NCBI RefSeq assembly: GCF_009914755.1
Contig: NC_060937.1
DNA from: the human T2T-CHM13v2.0 reference genome, Homo sapiens
DNA length: 64,000 bases
Direction: 5' to 3' (one strand)
In this document: piece after piece, positions 1-13,063 of the stretch
Layout of the letters: each line of letters begins with the position of its first letter
Numbering within the stretch: the first letter of the stretch is position 1
Translations under genes and position numbers: made by a program
Notes under the pieces: generated by a model
Told to the model about the DNA's origin: nothing
What the model saw: only the letters and a program-made list of their open reading frames with translations
Database searches by the model: none

Positions 1-2312
1 GTGGAAAATAAAGTTTCATGTTATAGGCTCACTTTACATAGGCTATCTTCAAATTGTTTAAGAGATGTAACAATAAAGAGCTTTGTAAGGTATTTTTAGC
101 AAAAATCACATTTTTAAAGTAAAATTATTCATAAATCAACTAATATATATAATTGATCTGCCTCAATTTCAGATTCATTTGGAACTTTCTGATACAGACA
201 ATTGAAAGTTCTGATTCAATCCCATTATTTTGGTACAGAACATTTATTTAATTATAAACAAAATCTGTGAGATGAGCTGTCTAATGCATATTGAATCTCA
301 CTTTATCTTTATTTCTATTCATTGAGTTTCAGACATTGAATCAAAAAAAGATTGTAATACCAACAAAATGGGTATAAATCAAAGAAAAAAATGCTTCGTT
401 ATTAAAGATCTAAACTATGTTTTTATTTTTAAAATTTTATCTATGAAATGTTTGTGGTTTGGATTGTAATTAAATGAAACACATTAAAAATTACATTTTA
501 AGGAAAACAAGTAGAAGGAAGGAGAAAAACTTTAAAAGGTGCCTGATTATAATAATTTCCATATTTTCATCTAAAGACAAAAGCAGATCCAAATTAATGA
601 CCCCAAACCAAGATCAAACAAGTTTCTGACAAGAGAGAAACTGATTATAAAATAAATTGTCCAAAGAAGTTAATTAAGCAAGCAAAGGAACTTCTCAGAC
701 TTATCATGAAATAAATTGAGCTAGTTTGTTTTATTTTACTTTCAAATAAGTCACTAGGTTAAAGCAGAACACTTCTGTATGAATAGAATTGGTCATCTTG
801 AAAGAGCAATGGCAATGTCATTCTTGATATGTGTGTGTTTTAGTAGGAAGTAACTATATAAATATCTATTACAAAAATTTATAATTAATGGTATTTTAAG
901 TATTTTATGAAATTAATTATAAATCAGAATATCCATTCAAGCGTTTGAAAATAATGAACTGCAAAGGTTAAAGTTAATCAATAACACTGTTTGTCAAATA
1001 AATATCATTAGAATCTTTGTATTTTTTTTTCTTTTGGCACAAAGTGATTTTTCTTTTTGTTTTTGTTCATTTTATTTTGTTTGGTTTTGGTGACTAGACA
1101 GGGTTTCTAATCTCCTAGGGAAGTCAGAAGAATTAATCATTCAAAACAATAAAAATGGCACAATTTCTACTCAGATAGGGTCCCTAAGTAATCATTCCTG
1201 CACAATAGCATTTTCCTCAAGGTGGCAAGAGTACTATAATTGATGATTTGGGTATGGAATTATTATGTACTAATAACAGTACACAGCCTATTACTGTGTG
1301 ATATCTCCTGCTGCTTTATAATTAGCTCTATGCGTGGTTTGGATGAGTAGCTGTGTACTTCACGGACTGTTCGCCAGGTAGAACATAACGGCTCCTTGGG
1401 AGCCAATTAGCTGGGCCTGTCAAGGCCAATTTCAGCAAATTTAGTTTGTGGATTATAACCCAAAACGCCATAATTGTGACAAGCATACACAGGACTTGAC
1501 GAGCTAAAAAGAATATCTGCACTGACAATACAAATTATTTCCCATTCATGTTTGTTCATTATTATAATAAAGAATCATTGCTTAGAATTGTCTATGATTC
1601 TGAAATCACAACAGTGTTTAGCCTGTGATGAGTAATTATTTACAATTTTTATTTTCAGGGTAGATTCTTAATTTTGAATGAAAATGAGGAAGCAAAAAGA
1701 AGTGAGACTTAATATATCCTTTCTCAAAGACGATGATAATTACACTTGATAGAATGTATTAAAAGGTTTTTCTCTAAGAACTGAATCCATCATAAAGCAA
1801 TGAATACAAAATGTCATGCTTGATCTTTCATTTTTATTGTCGCTTTGCTGTTTTGATTTCTAGAACAGTATTTTGATTAAATTAATGGTTATTCTATGTG
1901 ATGGCCATGCCTAAATTTTACACAGGGCTGTACTAGTAGAATCTGGCAATCTTATACATAAGGTAAATATTTTATCAACCTCTTCTTTTTCTAACAGTAA
2001 TAAGTTGATTGTGAATGTTCCTATGGTGTCTACTGATGTTGCAAATAGAGACAGGGCATACCTAAAACTAGGCCTCACTCTATTCATAGGCAGATAATCA
2101 TCACCTACAGGGTTTGAATTAAAGTAGGCCACATAGTCAGCACCAAAAATTTAATCAGAATATCATATAAAAAATGTCTAGTATTATACCAATTTTTGGA
2201 GTAAAGTATTGTCTTAAAATGATGATAAATGCAAATGTGAAGAAATAGTTCAAAGGCAATTTCTTAAAGGTATTTGTTGTAAATTTTAAGAGAAAATGGC
2301 TGGCCTAAACTG

Positions 2313-2402
2313 TCTGGTTTATTTTTGACATAGACAAAGACTTCTCTTGTATAACTTCAGTAATAACGCTTGCTTTTATGTCTGTGTCAAAAATAAACCA
2401 GA
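2313..2402. repeat. Inverted repeat, 24-bp arms, 42-nt spacer
   Basis: TCTGGTTTATTTTTGACATAGACA / TGTCTGTGTCAAAAATAAACCAGA, 23 of 24 pairs Watson-Crick plus one G:T. Confidence 0.92.
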
Positions 2403-3096
2403 TATTAAATAAGCAGATACAGTAAAAATTTACATATAGAATAGTCAAAATGTGTGTTTTGTTATATCATACATTTTGTGAATTACTGAAATTGTACAAA
2501 TAATTATCCTGTAATAATTAGAAATTTTTTAGCTAATTGTTTGGAGTAGTTTGCATATTGTAAATTAATGTCTGTTTATCTTCTACATAGCAAGACAGCA
2601 TGGCTATTTTTGACAAACTTGTATATTTTTTCTCTTTTCTATAAAAAAAGTGTAAACAATACCATTAATTACACAAAACTCATGCTTAACACTCATAAAA
2701 CCAATATTCTTATAGGTGGGGGTACAGAAGAAAACAAAAAAGTGTCCCTCAACTATCTCACACTTTTATTCATTTTTTAAAAAAAGCTATGATGAAGTAG
2801 TATTGTTTTCCAAATATAGTTTTGTAATATGTTAAGGTTAGGTTTACAGTAGAGAAAATAATACAAGTGTAGACCAGTTATACAAATGCCGTTATATCTG
2901 AAAAATTGTCTTTGGGCTAAATGTATAAAAATATTAAAGTTTATTGTTATTCTTTAAACCAGGTACACAATAGAAGTACTTGAAAAAAAAACACCTGAAT
3001 TAAAAAATTGTCTAAATTACTCTGGCTCCATAAATTTAATTTTATAGAAGAATTTGAAATGTACGCATGTTAATATTAAGTTTTGTAAAGATATTA

Positions 3097-3230
3097 TAAA
3101 TGCTCAAGGTAATAGATATCCCAATTACTCTAATTTAATCATTACACATAGTATGCTTGTATCAAAATATCACATGCACTGCATACATATGTACAAATAT
3201 TATGAATCCATAATAATTAAAAATATATTT
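3097..3230 (+). mobile_element. L1MA-type 3' terminal fragment
   Basis: Matches the recalled L1MA tail (atcattacaca...tatcacatg...atatgtaca). Confidence 0.7.
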
Positions 3231-3455
3231 TAATTTGCAAATCATTTAAGCCAATTATATTCATTAAAATAATTTTGAAGGCAAATCTGAATTTATATTT
3301 CAGTGTCATCTTCCTTTTGCATTTCAAGAGAATTATTTAAAATGGTAATACCATAAAAATGATATTATGCTATTAAGATGCTAACAGAGATTAAGGACTA
3401 TACCTGAATCATAACTTTATTATTAAAATATTAGTTTAAAATATTACACAGAAAG

Positions 3456-3733
3456 GGCTGGGCGAGGTGGCTCACGCCTGTAATCCCAGCACTTTGGGAG
3501 GCCGAGGCAGGCGGATCACGAGGTCAGGAGATCGAGACCACGGTAAAACCCTGTCTCTACTAAAAATACAAAAAATTAGCTGGGCGTGGTGGTGGGCACC
3601 TGTGGTCCCAGCTACTCGGGAGGCTGAGGCAGGAGAATGGTGTGAACCTGGAAGGCGGAGCTTGCCGAGATTGCGCCACTGCACTCCAGCTTGGGCGACA
3701 GAGAGAGACTCCATCTCAAAAAAGAAAAAAAAA
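3456..3733 (+). mobile_element. AluY of the 12-bp-deletion lineage (Yd/Yc-type)
   Basis: GAGACCACGGT lacks TCCTGGCTAACA; extra 7-bp deletion in the right arm; TSD attacaca(g/t)aaag. Confidence 0.9.
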
Positions 3734-3802
3734 TTACACATAAAGATATATAATATGCTGACCCACAATACAAAACTACATAAATTGCAAAGAATTGAAT
3801 GC

Positions 3803-4726
3803 TGATATGATTTGGCTATGTCCCCACTCAAATCTCATCTTGATTTGTAATCTCCATAATCCCCACATCAAGGGAGGAACCCAATGGGAGGTGATTGGAT
3901 TGTGGTGGAGTGGGTTCCCTCATGCTGTTCTCATGAGTGTGAGTGAAATCCCACAAGTTCCGATGGTTTTATAAGTGTCTGGCATTTCCCCTGCTTGCAC
4001 TTCTCTCCTGCCACCATACGAAGAAGGTCCTGGCTTTCCCTTTACCTTCCACCATTACCATAAGTTTCCTGAGGCCTCCCTAGCCATGTGGAACTGTGTG
4101 TCAATTAAACCTTTTTCCTTGATAATTAACTCAGTCTTGGTTAGTGTCTTTATAGCTGAGTGAGAATGGACTAATCCAGTAAATTGATATCAAGGTAGTG
4201 AAGCACTGCTATAAAGATACTGGAAATGTGTCAGCAACCTTGGAACTGGGTAACAGGCAGATGTTGGAATAGTTTGGAGGGCTCAGAAGAAGACAGGAAG
4301 ATGTGGGAAAGTTTGGGACTTCCTAGAGAGTTGCTGAATAATTTTGACCAAAATGCTGATAATGATATGGACATCAAAGTCCAGGTTGAGGTGGTCTCAG
4401 ATAGAGATGAAAAACTTCTTAGGAACTGGAATAAAGTTGACTCTTGCTATGCTTTAGCACAGAGCGGGGTGACATTTTGCCCCTACCCTAGAGATCTGTG
4501 GAACTCTGAACTTGAGAGAGATGGTTTAGGGTATCTAGCAGAAGAGATTTCTAAGCATCAAAGCATTCAAGAGAGCTTAAAAGCTTGGAAAATGTGCAGC
4601 CTGACAATGGGATAGAAAAGAAAAACCTGTTTTCTGGAGATAAATTCAAGCCTGCTGCAGAAATTTGCATAAGTGACAAGGAGCTGAATGTTAATAGCCA
4701 AGACAATGGGAAAAATGTCTTTAGGT
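3803..4726 (+). mobile_element. THE1D-like LTR (3803-4178) plus THE1 internal segment (4179-4726)
   Basis: TGATATGATTTGGCT...GGACTAATCCA followed by the MaLR internal signature GGAACTGGGTAACAGGCAG...GAAGAAGACAGGAAGATGTGGG. Confidence 0.88.
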
Positions 4727-5124
4727 TGTATTAGTCCATTTCATACTGGTATAAAGAACTGCTTGAGATTGTGTAATCTACAAAGGAAAGAGGTTTAATT
4801 GACTCACAGTTCAGCATGTCCACGGAGGCCTCAGGAAACTTACAATCATGGTAGAAGGCCAAAACAACAACAACAACAACAACAACAAAAACCAAGGCAC
4901 CTTCTTCACAAGGCAGCTGGAAGAAGCGCCAAATGAAGTGGGGAAGAGCCCCTTATAAAACCATCATATCTCATGAGAACTCACTCACTATCACAAGAAC
5001 AACATGGCGGAAACCGCCTCCATGATTCAGTTACCTCCACTTGGTTTCTCCCTTGACATGTGGGGATTATGGGGATTACAATTCAAGATGAGATTTGGGT
5101 GGGGACAAAAGCCTAACCATATGA
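4727..5124 (-). mobile_element. THE1D-like solo LTR inserted in opposite orientation
   Basis: TGTATTAGTCCATTT...CCTAACCATATGA; contains (AAC)n at ~4862-4890. Confidence 0.88.
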
Positions 5125-5136
5125 CGAGGCATGTCA

Positions 5137-5390
5137 TATGCCCATCTGTAAATCTTCTGTGGAGAAATGTCTATTCGAGTATTTGACCATCTTTTATTTG
5201 TTTGTCATTATTGAGTCACAGGAATTTCTTATATATCTGGATATTAACTTCCATGTGATTTACAATATTTTATCTCATTCTGTATGTTGCCTTTTCATTC
5301 TGTTGATTGCTTCTTTTGATGTACAGGAGTTTTACAGTTTGATGTAGCCTTATTTCTCTAAATTTGCTTTTGTTGCCTGTGTTTTGGGTA
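5137..5390 (-). mobile_element. Old L1M ORF2 fragment
   Basis: GAGAAATGTCTATTC...TTTGCTTTTGTTGCCTGTG antisense L1 motifs. Confidence 0.75.
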
Positions 5391-5777
5391 ATTTATTTTT
5401 GATTTTATAACTAATATATCAACAAAATTCATGACAATAAAACAAATCCACAAAATAAGAAAAACTTGATTTGTACACTTGTAAGATATCTACATTTGAT
5501 GTAAAGGGATATAATATTGCTTGAAGATAGATTGTGATAAGTATACATGTGTAAAGTCTAGTGTAATTACAGAAAAAAAGGATAAAACAATGAAAAACAG
5601 CTAAGTTATCAATCACATACACATAATGAAATACTAAAATATTTTTAAAAATCAAGTTAATTCAAAAGGAGGCAAGAATGTCAGAAAACATTCTAAGAGA
5701 ATAAATCAGACAAATCAAAATGAATAGCAAGATTATGGGTTTGAACACAAATGCTTCAAAAATTAAAGCTAATGGAC

Positions 5778-6595
5778 CTTTGTGTTGATTCTATGTCTTT
5801 GCTATTATGAACAGGACAGCGATGAACATACAAATGGATGTGTATTTTCGGTAGAATGATTTTCTTTTGAGTATGTACACAGTAATGGGATTGCTAGATT
5901 GAATGGCAACTCTGGTTTAGGTTCTTTGAGAAATCTCCAGACTGCTTTACACAGTCGTTAGACTAATTTACATTCCCATCAACATTGTATAAGTATTCCC
6001 TTTTCTCTGCTGCCTTGTCAGTATCTATGATTTTTTTGACTTATTAGTAATAGTCATTCTGACTTATATGATATGGTATCTTATTGTGGTTTCTATTTGC
6101 ATTTATCTGATGATTAGTGATGCTGACTATTTTTTTCCATATGTTTGTTGGCCACTCATATGCCTTCTTTTGAGAATGGTAGATTGGATAAAGAAAACAT
6201 GGTACATATACTCTATGGAATATAACACAGCCGTAAAAATGAATGAAATCATATAATTTGCAGCAACATGGAGCTGGAGGCCATAACCATAAGCAAATTC
6301 ATGCAGGAATAGAAAATTGAATATTGCATGTTCTCACTTATAAGTGGAAGTTAAACATTGAGCTCACATGGACATAAATGTGGGAACAACAGACACTGTG
6401 TACTACTAGAGAGTGGAGGGAGGGAGAGGGGTAAGTTATAAAACTACCTATTGGGTACTATGTCACTACCTAGGTGATGGGATCTGTACTCCAAACCTCA
6501 CTATCACAAAATATACCCATGTAAAAAAACATGTATTTTTGATACATGTACCCCTCCCCAGTATCTAAAATAAAAGTTGAAATAAAAATAATTAG
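5778..6595 (+). mobile_element. L1PA15/L1PB-type 3' end with 5' inversion (minus 5778-6175, plus 6176-6595)
   Basis: The two segments abut in L1 coordinates (..ATCAAC / TGGTAGATTGGATAAAG..); TSD-like aaaattaaag(c/t)taa flanks. Confidence 0.85.
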
Positions 6596-7063
6596 AAAGC
6601 CAAAAAAATTAAAGTTAACATGATTGATTCAAATAGTCCAAATAAAAAGACGAAACTGTCAGAGTGAAGAAGAAAACAAGCCTCAATTATATAATGTCTG
6701 CAGAGGAACATTTTAAATATAAATATACATAGAGACTAACATTTAAAAAAATGGGAAAATGTATTCTATGCAACACTGATACTAATAAAACCCTAATAGC
6801 AATATAATATTTGACAAAAAATATAAACAATAAATAATAACAAAGATAAATAAGAATATTGCATAATAATACAGGATCAATTCACCAAAAAGACATAATA
6901 ATCTCGAATGTATATGCACCCAGTCACAGTCTCGAAATAAGTGAAACAAAATCTGATATAACTAAGAGGAGCAATAAATAGATAAATGGACAATTATAGT
7001 TGAACATTTCATCAGTCTTCTCTTAGAATTTATTAAAGCAATTAAACAAAAAAACAGTGAGAT

Positions 7064-7376
7064 GGCCTGGCGTGGTGGCTCATGCCTGTAATCCTGGCAC
7101 TTTAGGAGGCCAAGGGAGGCAGATCGCTTGAGGTCAGGAGTTCGAGACCAGCCTGGCCAACATGGTGAAAATCCATCTCCACTAAAAATACAAAAATTAG
7201 CCTGGCATGGTGGCACATGCCTGTAGTCCCAGCTACTCAGGAGTCTGAGCCAGGAGAATTGCTTGTATCCGGGATGAGAGGTTGCAGTGAGCTGAGATCG
7301 TGCCACTGCACTCCAGCCTGGGTGATAGAGCAAGACTCCATCTCAAAAAACAAAACAACAACAACAACAACAAAAA
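7064..7376 (+). mobile_element. AluS (Sx/Sz-like) with AAC-rich tail
   Basis: Full Alu dimer. Confidence 0.92.
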
Positions 7377-7812
7377 GTTAGATATAGAACATTAGCAAAT
7401 ATTATCAGCTAATTTAACTTAATTGACATTTTTAGAACATTCCATTCAACAGAAGCACGATACATGTATCTTTCAAATACACAAGAAATGCTAAGACAGA
7501 ACATATGCTGATTAATAAAACACGTTTCTATAAATTTAAAATAATTTAGAACATACAAAATATCTATAATTACCATAAAAATTAAAATAGAGAATTCATA
7601 ACAGAAAGATAACTGGTTAATTTCTGAGTGTGTGGAAATTGAACAATCTTAGATAATCCATAGATCAAAGGAGAAATGACAATTGGTGTTGTTTTATTAG
7701 AAAGACAAAGTAATTATTATTCAGGACTTGTGATAACATTTCAACAATTTTGATATAGACTAAATTTAAATTATGATGATAATTTTGATAATAAAATTCC
7801 AAAAGAAAACAT

Positions 7813-8160
<348 letters not shown>

Positions 8161-8985
8161 TTAGAGTTGTTTTAAAAAAAACTAATAACCTAATAACAAT
8201 AATAGAATGAGGAGTCAAGATATTTTGAAAGAGTAGCAGACACAACCTTTGTCTTGGAAACCTGATACACAAGAAATTTTTGAAGTATAATGTATTTGAT
8301 TTTTAGTGACAACTGGAATATTTTAAGATTGTAACTCTGAATCTCTGTTTATATTCAGTTATATTTTATTAGTATTTTCGTAACTAATTGAGATAGGTCT
8401 GTGCTTGAGATTTTTACTAGAAAATGTATGTAAAATTGTATTTATGACACGTTTAATATATTATGCAAATAAAACAGGTTTTGTATTTTTTATTTCAGAA
8501 AATAAGTGAATGCTTTTTGTATTTTTATTTTATGAAATTATAAAGTATTAGTTATAATCATTTAAAAATAATATAATTTTGATTTTATCTATTATTTTCT
8601 GTTATGATTAAACAGAAAGTTGTTTAGGTAAATCATACCCTTATTTTATATTTTTTAAAATATATAATATTTCCTTATTAGTTTATAGCAGAAAGAAAGT
8701 ACTTTTTTTTGCATACGAGTTACTAACAATATATACTCATAAGTAGTACCCAGATATCTTGAGAGCTATCTGAATAGTCCATCATAAGCATGTACTCCTT
8801 GACTCAGGTGTGCTGATAACAATCTGAACAGCCAGGCAGTGGCATGTACACTGTGACCTAGGTCACTTCCAGCAGCCTGACATCTGGCCCTTGAGTCTCT
8901 CAAGTATCACTTCTGATGTCAAATTGAACTCATAGCTTTTAATATCTTTTAGCATATTATTGCTAGATGACATTTATTCTAAAAA

Positions 8986-9406
8986 CACTTGACTCTTGAG
9001 TGACATAGAGTTAAGGGCAGCAACCCCTGTGCAGTCAAAAGTCTGTGTGTAGGTTTTGATTCCCCCAGAACTTAACTACTAACAGTCTACTGTTGACCAT
9101 GAGCCTTACCTCTAACACAAACAGTCAATTAACACATATTTTGTATTTTATGTGGATTACGTACCATATTCTTACAATAAAGTAAGCAGGATAAAATAAA
9201 ATATTATTAAGAAAATTGAAAATGTGTTTACTATTCATTAAGTGGTTGTGGGTTATCATAAAGGTCTTCATCCTCATTGTCTTCAAGTTGAGTAGGCTAA
9301 GGAGAAGAAAGACCCTAGTCTTGGGTCTCAGGTATGGCAGAAGTGGAAGAAAATCCACCTGTCAGTGTACCCATGCAGTGAACACGTGTTGTTCAATGGT
9401 CAGCTG
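8986..9406 (-). mobile_element. Tigger2a-like DNA transposon
   Basis: Degenerate TIRs CACTTGACTCTTGA / TTCAATGGTCAGCTG; internal ATAAAGGTCTTCATCCTC..TTGAGTAGGCT. Confidence 0.85.
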
Positions 9407-10089
9407 TATAGGCATATGAATTAGAATTAATTCTAAAAGTGAACTCAATGTACCAACAAGTGGCGAAGTTTTATATCTAACAGATTTTATAAGTTTGTTC
9501 ATATTTGGGAGGTGGTGTACAGTCATGCAATTTGATAGCCCTGTTATTTATTTAGAATAATTATACACAGCTATTAAACTTTATGTACATAAATTCAGTG
9601 TTGATATCATGAAATATTATACCCATTAGTCTTTGATATTTATTTAATCAACCATATTTTACTGATCAGATTGCATTGTTTTGACTAATCTATATCTATA
9701 TATATTAGTGCCTTATATATGTATACATATATATATTTGTTTGTGAATGGCACTCAATGTGTTTATGAACAAATTTGGTTTAAGGTCTTTTGTTTAGCTA
9801 GAAAGGCATGTCAGGAACCCCACTAGTACTTTTATATCAATGGAACCAGTTCTTTCCTATTTATTCATTTTTACTTATCAAGAGCTATGTCACTGGCAAA
9901 CATATTTAAATTTTTAAAATAAAAACAGAAAAAAAGTAGATAACTAGATACAATTAAATATCATCCAATATATTCCTAATTGAGGAAGAGTTTACTTTTC
10001 TCTGAGATATTTCCGAGATTCTTTTAATATTTTTATAACACCATTTTTAAAAGATTGGCCATTTGCTTGTTGGATATCTTAGCCCTAAC

Positions 10090-13063
10090 GCTATTTAACT
10101 GAAATCATATACCCTTTGACCAACATGCACCCAGCCTTTTCACAAAACAGCCCCAGCTCATGGCAGCCACCAATAAATTATCTACTTTTATAATACAAAT
10201 ATTTTCAGGTTCTACATATGATTGAGATTGTGTAGTATGTGTCCTTCTGCACCTGGCTTATTTCATTTAATATAATGTCCTTTAGGTTTATCCATGTTGT
10301 TCCAAATTACAGAATTTTCTTTTTATTACGGCTGGCTAGTATTCCATTTTGTATATATGTCATATTTTCTTTATCCATCCAGCCACTGATGGATACTTAC
10401 AATGACTCTGTATAATGCCTATTGTGAATAATGCTGCAATGAACATGGGAGGACAGAGACATCTTCCACATTCTGATTTCTTATATACATATATATATAC
10501 ATATAAGAAATCAGAAATTATATACGTATACACATGCACACACAAACACACCCAGTAGTGAGATTGTTGAATTTTACCATAGTGTAGTTTGCTAATTTAA
10601 TTTTTTTGAGGAACCATCATAATGATTTGCATAATGGCTATATTAATTTACATTCCCAACAACATGATACAAAGGATCCTCTTCTCCACAAATTCTCCAA
10701 CACTTCTTATCTTTCATATTTTTGATAATGGCCATTCTAGCAGATGTGAGATGATATGTCATTGTGGATTTACTTTGCATTTCCCTGATGATCAGTGATG
10801 TTGAACTTTTTTACATGCTTGTTGGCTTTTTTGTGTATTCTTTTGAGAAATGTCTATTCAACTCCTTTGCTCATTTTCATTGGATTATTTGTTTTCCTCC
10901 TATTGAGTTCTTCGAGTTGCTAATATATTATGTATATTAACTCCTTATCTGATGTATACATTGCATATATCTTCCCCAATCTGTAGGTAGTATTTTTACT
11001 CTAATGATTGTTTAATTTGCTCTGCACAAGCTTTTTAGTTTGATGAAAATCCATTTGTCTCCTTTTGCTTTCATTACCTGTGGTTTGGAGTTATATTGAA
11101 AAAGTCATTCCCCAGACCAATGTCATGAATTTTTCTCTATGCCTTTTTCGAAAATGTTCATAGTTTTCAGTCTTAAGTTTTAGTATTATGTTGCCTTATA
11201 GTTTATTTTTACATGGTGTGAAATAAGGATACAATTTCATTCTTTCACATGTGGCTATACATGTGTCCCAACACCATTGATTGAAGAGACTTTCTTTTTC
11301 AACCATTTTGTGTTTTTTTCAACTTTGTTAAAAATCAGCTGGCTGTGAATGTGTAGATTTATTTGGTGGCTCCTTATTCTATTTCATTGCTCTATATGTC
11401 TATTTTTAGGTCAGTAACATGCTGCTTTAATTACTATAGATTTGAAGTGAAGAGTGTGATGCTTTCAACTTTGTTCTTCTTCCTCAAGATTGCTTTGGCT
11501 ATTCTGGGTCTTTTGTGGTTCCATACAAATTTTAGAATTGTTTTTTCTATTTCTCTCAATAATGTGGTTAGCAATTTGATAGAAAGTGCGTTGAATCTGT
11601 AGATTGCTTTGGATAATATGGACATGTTAATAATATTCATTCTTCCAGTCCATGAACTTGAGATATCGTTCCCTTCATTTGTGTCTTCTTCAATTTCTTT
11701 CATCAATGTTTTATAGGTTTTAGTGTATAAATCTTTCATACCACGTTAAATTTATCCATAAGTATTTGCTTTTTGTAGCTATTATAAAAGGAACTGCATT
11801 CTTGATTCTCTTTTAGATACATCATTGTTAGTATATAAAATGCTACTAATTTTTCCATGTAGATTTTATATCCTGCAACTTTATTTAGTATATTTATTGT
11901 ATATAAGAGGTTTTTTATTTTTAGTGGAGTCTTTAGGATTTTCTATATTTAAGTTCACATTTTCTGCAAACAGGGACAATTTAACTTCTTATTTTTCCAT
12001 GTGGGTGCCTTTTACTGTTTTCACTTGCTAATTGCTCTGCCTGGGACCTCCAGTACTACATTGCATAAGAGTGGCAATAGTGAGCATACTTGTCTTATTT
12101 CATAGCTTAGATGAAAAGTTTTCAAATTTGCCCCATTGAGAATGATGTTATCTTTCAGTGTGTCATACATGGCCTTAATTACATTCAGTTACATTCCTTC
12201 TATACTTAATTTTGTGAGATTTTGTCATAAAATGATGTTGAATACTGTCAAGTGCTTTTGCTCCAACTATAGAAATAATGATATGGTTTTTGTTCTTCAT
12301 TCCTTTAATGTAATGCATCACAATTATTAATTTATGCCTGATGAACTGTATTTGCATTACTGAGATAAACGCACCTGTTTATGGTAAATTATCTTCCAAA
12401 TTTGTTGGTCAATTTGGTTTGCTTGTATTTTGTCATTTTTGCATCTGTGTTCATCAGGGATATTGGCCTGTAGTTTTCTCTTTTTGTAGTGTCATTGTCT
12501 GCCTTTGGTATCAGCATGATGCTGACCTTGTAAAATGAGTTTTGCAATAGGCCTTTCCCTTCAATTTTTTGGGAAATTTGAGAAAAAGTGGGAGTCGTTC
12601 TTCTCTAAAAGTTTTATGGAATTCATCAGTGAAGCCATCAGGTCATGAGCTTTTCTTTATTGCAAAATTTTGCATTACAGTTTCAATATCCTTACTCATC
12701 ATTAAGCTATTCTGTTAAGCTATTCTATTTCTCTATAATTCAGTCTTTGTAGGTTGTATGCATCAAGAAAATTATTGGTGTATAATTATTCATAATAGTC
12801 AGTTATGATCCTTTGTATTTCTGTTGATTCAGTTGTACTATTCTTTAATTTTGGATTTTATTTGAGTATTGTCTTTTTTTCTTCATCTAACTAACAGTTG
12901 TCAATTTTATGGTTGTCAATGGTTGTCAGTTTTAAAACTTAGTTTCGTTGATCTTTTTTATTGTTTTCCTACTCTTTATATCATTTATTTCTGCACTGAT
13001 GGTTATTAATTTCTTCCTTCAACTAACTTTGGATTCAGTTTGTTTTTGTTCTTCTAGTTCCTT
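10090..13063 (-). mobile_element. L1MA element (3' UTR plus ORF2 part)
   Basis: Minus ORFs encode L1 ORF2 peptides ([45 protein letters not shown]). Confidence 0.92.

Larger units (their letters stand above)
5420..7790 (+). mobile_element. Old L1M(E) ORF2 endonuclease-region remnant hosting younger insertions
   Basis: A-rich L1-like text (caattcaccaaaaagacataataatc..aatgtatatgcacc, caattatagttg) that resumes across the insertions. Confidence 0.65.

Noticed and set aside
4226-4615. 129-aa ORF with a paralogous ORF at 47310-47657
   Set aside because: Both are the well-known MaLR (THE1/MST) internal ORF remnant, not a duplicated gene.
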